Shown: positions 43,200 through 57,800 of the stretch, piece after piece | How positions within the stretch are numbered: the stretch's first letter is position 1 | Layout: every line of letters begins with the position of its first letter | From: Auanema rhodensis | Taxonomy: Eukaryota > Animalia > Nematoda | Length of the DNA stretch: 64,000 nucleotides | Direction: 5' to 3' | Assembly (NCBI GenBank): GCA_964057225.1 | Contig: CAXKVF010000072.1 | Location: 62,001 to 126,000, forward strand | The notes under the pieces: generated by a model | What the model saw: only the letters and a program-made list of their open reading frames with translations | Databases searched by the model: none | What the model was told of the DNA's origin: nothing | Program-made: the position numbers and the translations under genes

Positions 43200-46100
43200 T
43201 GTACATTTAATTAGCATAAATTAAAGTTCACGTAAATTTCAAAGTCATGGTTACCATGAACCAATATCAATAAAAATTTGTTTTTAGACTAATATGGACA
43301 TGGGGAATCTAATTTTGAAAACCGCATCACTTTATCTTTCACGTGAAGCGAGTTACATACCAAGTGCACATCACGTGTTCATTTGATTAGCATAAATTAA
43401 AGTTCACGTAAATTTCAAAGTCATGGTTACCATGCACCAATATCAATAAAAATTTGTTTTTAGACTAATATGGACATGGGGAATCTAATGTTGAAAACCG
43501 CATCTTTTTATCTTTCACGTGAAGCGAGTTACATACCAAGTGCACATCACGTGTACATTTAATTAGCATAAATTAAAGTTCACGTAAATTTCAAAGTCAT
43601 GGTTACCATGAACCAATATCAATAAAAATTTGTTTTTACACTAATATGGACATGGGGAATCTAATTTTGAAAACCGCATCTCTTTATCTTCCACGTGAAG
43701 CGAGTTACATACCAAGTGCACATCACGTGTACATTTAATTAGCATAAATTAAAGTTCACGTAAATTTCAAAGTCATGGTTACCATGAACCAATATCAATA
43801 AAAATTTGTTTTTAGACTAATATGGACATGGGGAATCTAATTTTGAAAACCGCATTTCTTTATCTTTCACGTGAAGCGAGTTACATACCAAGTGCACATC
43901 ACGTGTACATTTAATTAGCATAAATTAAAGTTCACGTAAATTTCAAAGTCATGGTTACCATGAACCAATATCAATAAAAATTTGTTTTTAGACTAATATG
44001 GACATGGGGAATCAAATTTTGAAAACCGCATCTCTTTATCTTTCACGTGAAGCGAGTTACATACCAAGTGCACATCACGTGTACATTTAATTAGCATAAA
44101 TTAAAGTTCACGTAAATTTCAAAGTCATGGTTACCATGAACCAATATCAATAAAAATTTGTTTTTAGACTAATATGGACATGGGGAATCTAATTTTGAAA
44201 ACCGCATCACTTTATCTTTCACGTGAAGCGAGTTACATACCAAGTGCACATCACGTGTACATTTAATTAGCATAAATTAAAGTTCACGTAAATTTCAAAG
44301 TCATGGTTACCATGCACCAATATCAATAAAAATTTGTTTTTAGACTAATATGGACATGGGGAATCTAATGTTGAAAACCGCATCTTTTTATCTTTCACGT
44401 GAAGCGAGTTACATACCAAGTGCACATCACGTGTACATTTAATTAGCATAAATTAAAGTTCACGTAAATTTCAAAGTCATGGTTACCATGAACCAATATC
44501 AATAAAAATTTGTTTTTAGACTAATATGGACATGGGGAATCTAATTTTGAAAACCGCATCTCTTCATCTTCCACGTGAAGCGAGTTACATACCAAGTGCA
44601 CATCACGTGTACATTTAATTAGCATAAATTAAAGTTCACGTAAATTTCAAAGTCATGGTTACCATGAACCAATATCAATAAAAATTTGTTTTTAGACTAA
44701 TATGGACATGGGGAATCTAATTTTGAAAACCGCATCTCTTTATCTTCCACGTGAAGCGAGTTACATACCAAGTGCACATCACGTGTACATTTAATTAGCA
44801 TAAATTAAAGTTCACGTAAATTTCAAAGTCATGGTTACCATGAACCAATATCAATAAAAATTTTTTTTTTTAGACTAATATGGACATGGGGAATCAAATT
44901 TTGAAAACCGCATCTCTTTATCTTTCACGTGAAGCGAGTTACATACCAAGGGCACATCACGTGTACATTTAATTAGCATAAATTAAAGTTCACGTAAATT
45001 TCAAAGTCATGGTTACCATGAACCAATATCAATAAAAATTTGTTTTTAGACTAATATGGACATGGGGAATCTAATTTTGAAAACCGCATCACTTTATCTT
45101 TCACGTGAAGCGAGTTACATACCAAGTGCACATCACGTGTTCATTTGATTAGCATAAATTAAAGTTCACGTAAATTTCAAAGTCATGGTTACCATGCACC
45201 AATATCAATAAAAATTTGTTTTTAGACTAATATGGACATGGGGAATCTAATGTTGAAAACCGCATCTTTTTATCTTTCACGTGAAGCGAGTTACATACCA
45301 AGTGCACATCACGTGTACATTTAATTAGCATAAATTAAAGTTCACGTAAATTTCAAAGTCATGGTTACCATGAACCAATATCAATAAAAATTTGTTTTTA
45401 CACTAATATGGACATGGGGAATCTAATTTTGAAAACCGCATCTCTTTATCTTCCACGTGAAGCGAGTTACATACCAAGTGCACATCACGTGTACATTTAA
45501 TTAGCATAAATTAAAGTTCACGTAAATTTCAAAGTCATGGTTACCATGAACCAATATCAATAAAAATTTGTTTTTAGACTAATATGGACATGGGGAATCT
45601 AATTTTGAAAACCGCATTTCTTTATCTTTCACGTGAAGCGAGTTACATACCAAGTGCACATCACGTGTACATTTAATTAGCATAAATTAAAGTTCACGTA
45701 AATTTCAAAGTCATGGTTACCATGAACCAATATCAATAAAAATTTGTTTTTAGACTAATATGGACATGGGGAATCAAATTTTGAAAACCGCATCTCTTTA
45801 TCTTTCACGTGAAGCGAGTTACATACCAAGTGCACATCACGTGTACATTTAATTAGCATAAATTAAAGTTCACGTAAATTTCAAAGTCATGGTTACCATG
45901 AACCAATATCAATAAAAATTTGTTTTTAGACTAATATGGACATGGGGAATCTAATTTTGAAAACCGCATCACTTTATCTTTCACGTGAAGCGAGTTACAT
46001 ACCAAGTGCACATCACGTGTACATTTAATTAGCATAAATTAAAGTTCACGTAAATTTCAAAGTCATGGTTACCATGCACCAATATCAATAAAAATTTGTT

Positions 46101-46900
46101 TTTAGACTAATATGGACATGGGGAATCTAATGTTGAAAACCGCATCTTTTTATCTTTCACGTGAAGCGAGTTACATACCAAGTGCACATCACGTGTACAT
46201 TTAATTAGCATAAATTAAAGTTCACGTAAATTTCAAAGTCATGGTTACCATGAACCAATATCAATAAAAATTTGTTTTTAGACTAATATGGACATGGGGA
46301 ATCTAATTTTGAAAACCGCATCTCTTCATCTTCCACGTGAAGCGAGTTACATACCAAGTGCACATCACGTGTACATTTAATTAGCATAAATTAAAGTTCA
46401 CGTAAATTTCAAAGTCATGGTTACCATGAACCAATATCAATAAAAATTTGTTTTTAGACTAATATGGACATGGGGAATCTAATTTTGAAAACCGCATCTC
46501 TTTATCTTCCACGTGAAGCGAGTTACATACCAAGTGCACATCACGTGTACATTTAATTAGCATAAATTAAAGTTCACGTAAATTTCAAAGTCATGGTTAC
46601 CATGAACCAATATCAATAAAAATTTTTTTTTTTAGACTAATATGGACATGGGGAATCAAATTTTGAAAACCGCATCTCTTTATCTTTCACGTGAAGCGAG
46701 TTACATACCAAGGGCACATCACGTGTACATTTAATTAGCATAAATTAAAGTTCACGTAAATTTCAAAGTCATGGTTACCATGAACCAATATCAATAAAAA
46801 TTTGTTTTTAGACTAATATGGACATGGGGAATCTAATTTTGAAAACCGCATCACTTTATCTTTCACGTGAAGCGAGTTACATACCAAGTGCACATCACGT
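43200..46900. repeat. Tandem duplication of a 10-monomer block (period 1762 bp)
   Basis: ATTTGATT variant at 43385/45147, TTACACT variant at 43639/45401, T11 run at 44861/46623, AAGGGCAC variant at 44951/46713. Confidence 0.93.
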
Positions 46901-49900
46901 GTACATTTAATTAGCATAAATTAAAGTTCACGTAAATTTCAAAGTCATGGTTACCATGCACCAATATCAATAAAAATTCGTTTTTAGACTAATATGGACA
47001 TGGGGAATCTAATTTTGAAAACCGCATCTCTTTATATTTCACGTGAAGCGAGTTACATACCAAGTGCACATCACGTGTACATTTAATTAGCATAAATTAA
47101 AGTTCACGTAAATTTCAAAGTCATGGTTACCATGAACCAATATCAATAAAAATTTGTTTTTAGACTAATATGGACATGGGGAATCTAATTTTGAAAACCG
47201 CATCACTTTATCTTTCACGTGAAGCGAGTTACATACCAAGTGCACATCACGTGTACATTTAATTAGCATAAATTAAAGTTCACGTAAATTTCAAAGTCAT
47301 GGTTACCATGCACCAATATCAATAAAAATTTGTTTTTAGACTAATATGGACATGGGGAATCTAATTTTGAAAACCGCATCTCTTTATATTTCACGTGAAG
47401 CGAGTTACATACCAAGTGCACATCACGTGTACATTTAATTAGCATAAATTAAAGTTCACGTAAATTTCAAAGTCATGGTTACCATGAACCAATATCAATA
47501 AAAATTTGTTTTTAGACTAATATGGACATGGGGAATCTAATTTTGAAAACCGCATCTCTTTATCTTGCACGTGAAGCGAGTTACATACCAAGTGCACATC
47601 ACGTGTACATTTAATTAGCATAAATTAAAGTTCACGTAAATTTCAAAGTCATGGTTACCATGAACCAATATCAATAAAATTTTGTTTTTAGACTAATATG
47701 TACATGGGGAATCTAATTTTGAAAACCGCATTTCTTTATCTTTCACGTGAAGCGAGTTACATACCAAGTGCACATCACGTGTACATTTAATTAGCATAAA
47801 TTAAAGTTCACGTAAATTTCAAAGTCATGGTTACCATGCACCAATATCAATAAAAATTTGTTTTTAGACTAATATGTACATGGGGAATCTAATTTTGAAA
47901 ACCGCATTTCTTTATCTTTCACGTGAAGCGAGTTACATACCAAGTGCACATCACGTGTACATTTAATTAGCATAAATTAAAGTTCACGTAAATTTCAAAG
48001 TCATAGTTACCATGCACCAATATCAATAAAAATCTGTTTTTAGACTAATATGGACATGGGGAATCTAATTTTGAAAACCGCATCTCTTTATCTTTCACGT
48101 GAAGCGAGTTACATATCAAGTGCACATCACGTGTACATTTAATTAGCATAAATTAAAGTTCACGTAAATTTCAAAGTCATGGTTACCATTAACCAATATC
48201 AATAAAAATTTGTTTTTAGACTAATATGGACATGGGGAATCTAATTTTGAAAACCGCATCTCTTTATCTTTCACGTGAAGCGAGTTACATACCAAGTGCA
48301 CATCACGTGTACATTTAATTAGCATAAATTAAAGTTCACGTAAATTTCAAAGTCATGGTTACCATGCACCAATATCAATAAAAATTTGTTTTTAGACTAA
48401 TATGGACATGGGGAATCTAATTTTGAAAACCGCATCTCTTTATCTTTCACGTGAAGCGAGTTACATACCAAGTGCACATCACGTGTACATTTAATTAGCA
48501 TAAATTAAAGTTCACGTAAATTTCAAAGTCATGGTTACCATGAACCAATATCAATAAAAATTTGTTTTTAGACTAATATGGACATGGGGAATCTAATTTT
48601 GAAAACCGCATCTCTTTATCTTTCACGTGAAGCGAGTTACATACCAAGTGCACATCACGTGTACATTTAATTAGCATAAATTAAAGTTCACGTAAATTTC
48701 AAACTCATGGTTACCATGCACCAAAATCAATAAAAATTTGTTTTTAGACTAATATGGACATGGGGAATCTAATTTTGAAAACCGCATCTCTTTATCTTTC
48801 ACGTGAAGCGAGTTACATACCAAGTGCACATCACGTGTACATTTAATTAGCATAAATTAAAGTTCACGTAAATTTCAAAGTCATGGTTACCATGCACCAA
48901 TATCAATAAAAATTTGTTTTTAGACTAATATGGACATGGGGAATCTAATGTTGAAAACCGCATCTCTTTATCTTTCACGTGAAGCGAGTTACATACCAAG
49001 TGCACATCACGTGTACATTTAATTAGCATAAATTAAAGTTCACGTAAATTTCAAAGTCATGGTTACCATGAACCAATATCAATAAAAATTTGTTTTTAGA
49101 CTAATATGTAAATGGGGAATCTAATTTTGAAAACCGCATCTCTTTATCTTTCACGTGAAGCGAGTTACATACCAAGTGCACATCACGTGTACAATTAATT
49201 AGCATAAATTAAAGTTCACGTAAATTTCAAAGTCATGGTTACCATGAACCAATATCAATAAAAATTTGTTTTTAGACTAATATGGACATGGGGAATCTAA
49301 TTTTGAAAACCGCATTTCTTTATCTTTCACGTGAAGCGAGTTACATATCAAGTGCACATCACGTGTACATTTAATTAGCATAAATTAAAGTTCACGTAAA
49401 TTTCAAAGTCATGGTTACCATGCACCAATATCAATAAAAAATTGTTTTTAGACTTATATGAACATGGGAAATCAAATTTTGAAAACCGCATCTCTTTATC
49501 TTTCACGTGAAGCGAGTTACATACCAAGTGCACATCACGTGTACATTTAATTAGCATAAATTAAAGTTCACGTAAATTTCAAAGTCATGGTTACCATGAA
49601 CCAATATCAATAAAAATTTGTTTTTAGACTAATATGGACATGGGGAATCTAATTTTGAAAACCGCATCACTTTATCTTTCACGTGAAGCGAGTTACATAC
49701 CAAGTGCACATCACGTGTACATTTAATTAGCATAAATTAAAGTTCACGTAAATTTCAAAGTCATGGTTACCATGCACCAATATCAATAAAAATTTGTTTT
49801 TAGACTAATATGGACATGGGGAATCTAATGTTGAAAACCGCATCTTTTTATCTTTCACGTGAAGCGAGTTACATACCAAGTGCACATCACGTGTACATTT

Positions 49901-52900
49901 AATTAGCATAAATTAAAGTTCACGTAAATTTCAAAGTCATGGTTACCATGCACGAATATCAATAAAAATTTGTTTTTAAACTAATATGGACATGGGGAAT
50001 CTAATTTTGAAAACCGCATCTCTTTATCTTCCACGTGAAGCGAGTTACATACCAAGTGCACATCACGTGCACATTTAATTAGCATAAATTAAAGTTCACG
50101 TAAATTTCAAAGTCATGGTTACCATGCACCAATATCAATAAAAATTTGTTTTTAGACTAATATGGACATGAAGAATCTAATGTTGAAAACCGCATCTCTT
50201 TATCTTTCACGTGAAGCGAGTTACATACCAAGTGCACATCACGTGTACATTTAATTAGCATAAATTAAAGTTCACGTAAATTTCAAAGTCATGGTTACCA
50301 TGAACCAATATCAATAAAAATTTGTTTTTAGACTAATATGTACATGGGGAATCTAATTTTGAAAACCGCATCTCTTTATCTTTCACGTGAAGCGAGTTAC
50401 ATACCAAGTGCACATCACGTGTACAATTAATTAGCATAAATTAAAGTTCACGTAAATTTCAAAGTCATGGTTACCATGCACCAATATCAATAAAAATTTG
50501 TTTTTAGACTAATATGGACATGGGGAATCTAATGTTGAAAACCGCATCTCTTTATCTTTCACGTGAAGCGAGTTACATACCAAGTGCACATCACGTGTAC
50601 ATTTAATTAGCATAAATTAAAGTTCACGTAAATTTCAAAGTCATGGTTACCATGAACCAATATCAATAAAAATTTGTTTTTAGACTAATATGTAAATGGG
50701 GAATCTAATTTTGAAAACCGCATCTCTTTATCTTTCACGTGAAGCGAGTTACATACCAAGTGCACATCACGTGTACAATTAATTAGCATAAATTAAAGTT
50801 CACGTAAATTTCAAAGTCATGGTTACCATGAACCAATATCAATAAAAATTTGTTTTTAGACTAATATGGACATGGGAAATCTAATTTTGAAAACCGCATT
50901 TCTTTATCTTTCACGTGAAGCGAGTTACATATCAAGTGCACATCACGTGTACATTTAATTAGCATAAATTAAAGTTCACGTAAATTTCAAAGTCATGGTT
51001 ACCATGAACCAATATCAATAAAAATTTGTTTTTAGACTAATATGGACATGGGGAATCAAATTTTGAAAACCGCATCTCTTTATCTTTCACGTGAAGCGAG
51101 TTACATACCAAGTGCACATCACGTGTACATTTAATTAGCATAAATTAAAGTTCACGTAAATTTCAAAGTCATGGTTACCATGAACCAATATCAATAAAAA
51201 TTTGTTTTTAGACTAATATGGACATGGGGAATCTAATTTTGAAAACCGCATCACTTTATCTTTCACGTGAAGCGAGTTACATACCAAGTGCACATCACGT
51301 GTACATTTAATTAGCATAAATTAAAGTTCACGTAAATTTCAAAGTCATGGTTACCATGCACCAATATCAATAAAAATTTGTTTTTAGACTAATATGGACA
51401 TGGGGAATCTAATGTTGAAAACCGCATCTTTTTATCTTTCACGTGAAGCGAGTTACATACCAAGTGCACATCACGTGTACATTTAATTAGCATAAATTAA
51501 AGTTCACGTAAATTTCAAAGTCATGGTTACCATGCACCAATATCAATAAAAATTTGTTTTTAGACTAATATGGACATGGGGAATCTAATTTTGAAAACCG
51601 CATCTCTTTATCTTCCACGTGAAGCGAGTTACATACCAAGTGCACATCACGTGCACATTTAATTAGCATAAATTAAAGTTCACGTAAATTTCAAAGTCAT
51701 GGTTACCATGCACCAATATCAATAAAAATTTGTTTTTAGACTAATATGGACATGAAGAATCTAATGTTGAAAACCGCATCTCTTTATCTTTCACGTGAAG
51801 CGAGTTACATACCAAGTGCACATCACGTGTACATTTAATTAGCATAAATTAAAGTTCACGTAAATTTCAAAGTCATGGTTACCATGAACCAATATCAATA
51901 AAAATTTGTTTTTAGACTAATATGTACATGGGGAATCTAATTTTGAAAACCGCATCTCTTTATCTTTCACGTGAAGCGAGTTACATACCAAGTGCACATC
52001 ACGTGTACAATTAATTAGCATAAATTAAAGTTCACGTAAATTTCAAAGTCATGGTTACCATGAACCAATATCAATAAAAATTTGTTTTTAGACTAATATG
52101 GACATGGGGAATCTAATTTTGAAAACCGCATTTCTTTATCTTTCACGTGAAGCGAGTCACATACCAAGTGCACATCACGTGTACATTTAATTAGCATAAA
52201 TTAAAGTTCACATAAATTTCAAAGTCATGGTTACCATGCACCAATATCAATAAAAATTTGTTTTTAGACTAATATGGACATGGGGAATCTAATTTTGAAA
52301 ACCGCATCTCTTTATCTTTCACGTGAAACGAGTTACATACCAAGTGCACATCACGTGTACATTTAATTAGCATAAATTAAAGTTCACGTAAATTTCAAAG
52401 TCATGGTTACCATGCACCAATATCAATAAAAATTTGTTTTTAGACTAATATGGACATGGGGAATCTAATTTTTTAAAACCGCATCTCTTTATCTTTCACG
52501 TGAAGCGAGTTACATACCAAGTGCACATCACGTGTACATTTAATTAGCATAAATTAAAGTTCACGTAAATTTCAAAGTCATGGTTACCATGCACCAATAT
52601 CAATAAAAATTTGTTTTTAGACTAATATGGACATGAAGAATCTAATGTTGAAAACCGCATCTCTTTATCTTTCACGTGAAGCGAGTTACATACCAAGTGC
52701 ACATCACGTGTACATTTAATTAGCATAAATTAAAGTTCACGTAAATTTCAAAGTCATGGTTACCATGAACCAATATCAATAAAAATTTGTTTTTAGACTA
52801 ATATGTACATGGGGAATCTAATTTGGAAAACCGCATCTCTTTATCTTTCACGTGAAGCGAGTTACATACCAAGTGCACATCACGTGTACAATTAATTAGC

Positions 52901-55899
52901 ATAAATTAAAGTTCACGTAAATTTCAAAGTCATGGTTACCATGAACCAATATCAATAAAAATTTGTTTTTAGACTAATATGGACATGGGGAATCTAATTT
53001 TGAAAACCGCATTTCTTTATCTTTCACGTGAAGCGAGTCACATACCAAGTGCACATCACGTGTACATTTAATTAGCATAAATTAAAGTTCACGTAAATTT
53101 CAAAGTCATGGTTACCATGCACCAATATCAATAAAAATTTGTTTTTAGACTAATATGGACATGGGGAATCTAATTTTGAAAACCGCATCTCTTTATCTTT
53201 CACGTGAAGCGAGTTACATACCAAGTGCACATCACGTGTACATTTAATTAGCATAAATTAAAGTTCACGTAAATTTCAAAGTCATGGTTACCATGCACCA
53301 ATATCAATAAAAATTTGTTTTTAGACTAATATGGACATGGGGAATCTAATTTTTTAAAACCGCATTTCTTTATCTTTCACGTGAAGCGAGTCACATACCA
53401 AGTGCACATCACGTGTACATTTAATTAGCATAAATTAAAGTTCACGTAAATTTCAAAGTCATGGTTACCATGCACCAATATCAATAAAAATTTGTTTTTA
53501 GACTAATATGGACATGGGGAATCTAATTTTGAAAACCGCATCTCTTTATCTTTCACGTGAAGCGAGTTACATACCAAGTGCACATCACGTGTACATTTAA
53601 TTAGCATAAATTAAAGTTCACGTAAATTTCAAAGTCATGGTTACCATGCACCAATATCAATAAAAATTTGTTTTTAGACTAATATGGACATGGGGAATCT
53701 AATTTTTTAAAACCGCATCTCTTTATCTTTCACGTGAAGCGAGTTACATACCAAGTGCACATCACGTGTACATTTAATTAGCATAAATTAAAGTTCACGT
53801 AAATTTCAAAGTCATGGTTACCATGCACCAATATCAATAAAAATTTGTTTTTAGACTAATATGGACATGGGGAATCTAATTTTGAAAACCGCATCACTTT
53901 ATCTTTCACGTGAAGCGAGTTACATACCAAGTGCACATCACGTGTACATTTAATTAGCATAAATTAAAGTTCACGTAAATTTCAAAGTCATGGTTACCAT
54001 GCACCAATATCAATAAAAATTTGTTTTTAGACTAATATGGACATGGGGAATCTAATGTTGAAAACCGCATCTTTTTATCTTTCACGTGAAGCGAGTTACA
54101 TACCAAGTGCACATCACGTGTACATTTAATTAGCATAAATTAAAGTTCACGTAAATTTCAAAGTCATGGTTACCATGCACCAATATCAATAAAAATTTGT
54201 TTTTAGACTAATATGGACATGGGGAATCTAATTTTGAAAACCGCATCTCTTTATCTTCCACGTGAAGCGAGTTACATACCAAGTGCACATCACGTGCACA
54301 TTTAATTAGCATAAATTAAAGTTCACGTAAATTTCAAAGTCATGGTTACCATGCACCAATATCAATAAAAATTTGTTTTTAGACTAATATGGACATGAAG
54401 AATCTAATGTTGAAAACCGCATCTCTTTATCTTTCACGTGAAGCGAGTTACATACCAAGTGCACATCACGTGTACATTTAATTAGCATAAATTAAAGTTC
54501 ACGTAAATTTCAAAGTCATGGTTACCATGAACCAATATCAATAAAAATTTGTTTTTAGACTAATATGTACATGGGGAATCTAATTTTGAAAACCGCATCT
54601 CTTTATCTTTCACGTGAAGCGAGTTACATACCAAGTGCACATCACGTGTACAATTAATTAGCATAAATTAAAGTTCACGTAAATTTCAAAGTCATGGTTA
54701 CCATGAACCAATATCAATAAAAATTTGTTTTTAGACTAATATGGACATGGGGAATCTAATTTTGAAAACCGCATTTCTTTATCTTTCACGTGAAGCGAGT
54801 CACATACCAAGTGCACATCACGTGTACATTTAATTAGCATAAATTAAAGTTCACGTAAATTTCAAAGTCATGGTTACCATGCACCAATATCAATAAAAAT
54901 TTGTTTTTAGACTAATATGGACATGGGGAATCTAATTTTGAAAACCGCATCTCTTTATCTTTCACGTGAAGCGAGTTACATACCAAGTGCACATCACGTG
55001 TACATTTAATTAGCATAAATTAAAGTTCACGTAAATTTCAAAGTCATGGTTACCATGCACCAATATCAATAAAAATTTGTTTTTAGACTAATATGGACAT
55101 GGGGAATCTAATTTTTTAAAACCGCATCTCTTTATCTTTCACGTGAAGCGAGTTACATACCAAGTGCACATCACGTGTACATTTAATTAGCATAAATTAA
55201 AGTTCACGTAAATTTCAAAGTCATGGTTACCATGCACCAATATCAATAAAAATTTGTTTTTAGACTAATATGGACATGGGGAATCTAATTTTGAAAACCG
55301 CATCTCTTTATCTTCCACGTGAAGCGAGTTACATACCAAGTGCACATCACGTGTACATTTAATTAGCATAAATTAAAGTTCACGTAAATTTCAAAGTCAT
55401 GGTTACCATGAACCAATATCAATAAAAATTTGTTTTTAGACTAATATGTACATGGGGAATCTAATTTTGAAAACCGCATCTCTTCATATTTCACGTGAAG
55501 CGAGTTACATACCAAGTGCACATCACGTGTACATTTAATTAGCATAAATTAAAGTTCACGTAAATTTCAAAGTCATGGTTACCATGAACCAATATCAATA
55601 AAAATTTGTTTTTAGACTAATATGGACATGGGGAATCTAATTTTGAAAACCGCATCACTTTATCTTTCACGTGAAGCGAGTTACATACCAAGTGCACATC
55701 ACGTGTACATTTAATTAGCATAAATTAAAGTTCACGTAAATTTCAAAGTCATGGTTACCATGCACCAATATCAATAAAAATTTGTTTTTAGACTAATATG
55801 GACATGGGGAATCTAATGTTGAAAACCGCATCTTTTTATCTTCCACGTGAAGCGAGTTACATACCAAGTGCACATCACGTGTACATTTAATTAGCATAA

Positions 55900-57800
55900 A
55901 TTAAAGTTCACGTAAATTTCAAAGTCATGGTTACCATGCACCAATATCAATAAAAATTTGTTTTTAGACTAATATGGACATGGGGAATCTAATTTTGAAA
56001 ACCGCATCTCTTTATCTTTCACGTGAAGCGAGTTACATACCAAGTGCACATCACGTGTACATTTAATTAGCATAAATTAAAGTTCACGTAAATTTCAAAG
56101 TCATGGTTACCATGCACCAAAATCAATAAAAATTTGTTTTTAGACTAATATGGACATGGGGAATCTAATTTTGAAAACCGCATCTCTTTATCTTCCACGT
56201 GAAGCGAGTTACATACCAAGTGCACATCACGTGTACATTTAATTAGCATAAATTAAAGTTCACGTAAATTTCAAAGTCATGGTTACCATGAACCAATATC
56301 AATAAAAATTTGTTTTTAGACTAATATGGACATGGGGAATCTAATTTTGAAAACCGCATCTCTTGATCTTCCACGTGAAGCGAGTTACATACCAAGTGCA
56401 CATCACGTGTACATTTAATTAGCATAAATTAAAGTTCACGTAAATTTCAAAGTCATGGTTACCATGAACCAATATCAATAAAAATTTGTTTTTAGACTAA
56501 TATGAACATGGGGAATCAAATTTTGAAAACCGCATCTCTTTATCTTTCACGTGAAGCGAGTTACATACCAAGTGCACATCACGTGTACATTTAATTAGCA
56601 TAAATTAAAGTTCACGTAAATTTCAAAGTCATGGTTACCATGAACCAATATCAATAAAAATTTGTTTTTAGACTAATATGGACATGGGGAATCTAATTTT
56701 GAAAACCGCATCACTTTATCTTTCACGTGAAGCGAGTTACATACCAAGTGCACATCACGTGTACATTTAATTAGCATAAATTAAAGTTCACGTAAATTTC
56801 AAAGTCATGGTTACCATGCACCAATATCAATAAAAATTTGTTTTTAGACTAATATGGACATGGGGAATCTAATTTTGAAAACCGCATCTCTTTATCTTTC
56901 ACGTGAAGCGAGTTACATACCAAGTGCACATCACGTGTACATTTAATTAGCATAAATTAAAGTTCACGTAAATTTCAAAGTCATGGTTACCATGCACCAA
57001 AATCAATAAAAATTTGTTTTTAGACTAATATGGACATGGGGAATCTAATTTTGAAAACCGCATCTCTTTATCTTCCACGTGAAGCGAGTTACATACCAAG
57101 TGCACATCACGTGTACATTTAATTAGCATAAATTAAAGTTCACGTAAATTTCAAAGTCATGGTTACCATGAACCAATATCAATAAAAATTTGTTTTTAGA
57201 CTAATATGGACATGGGGAATCTAATTTTGAAAACCGCATCTCTTGATCTTCCACGTGAAGCGAGTTACATACCAAGTGCACATCACGTGTACATTTAATT
57301 AGCATAAATTAAAGTTCACGTAAATTTCAAAGTCATGGTTACCATGAACCAATATCAATAAAAATTTGTTTTTAGACTAATATGAACATGGGGAATCAAA
57401 TTTTGAAAACCGCATCTCTTTATCTTTCACGTGAAGCGAGTTACATACCAAGTGCACATCACGTGTACATTTAATTAGCATAAATTAAAGTTCACGTAAA
57501 TTTCAAAGTCATGGTTACCATGAACCAATATCAATAAAAATTTGTTTTTAGACTAATATGGACATGGGGAATCTAATTTTGAAAACCGCATCACTTTATC
57601 TTTCACGTGAAGCGAGTTACATACCAAGTGCACATCACGTGTACATTTAATTAGCATAAATTAAAGTTCACGTAAATTTCAAAGTCATGGTTACCATGCA
57701 CCAATATCAATAAAAATTTGTTTTTAGACTAATATGGACATGGGGAATCTAATTTTGAAAACCGCATCTCTTTATCTTTCACGTGAAGCGAGTTACATAC
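55900..57800. repeat. Tandem duplication of a 5-monomer block (880 bp)
   Basis: CCAAAATC variant at 56121/57001, TCTTGATC at 56361/57241, TATGAACATG at 56501/57381. Confidence 0.92.

Noticed and set aside
49375-49557. 60-aa minus-strand ORF from the ORF track as a real gene
   Set aside because: It is one satellite monomer read in reverse with a single stop lost. The 176-bp period is not a multiple of 3, and there is no gene context or recognisable domain.
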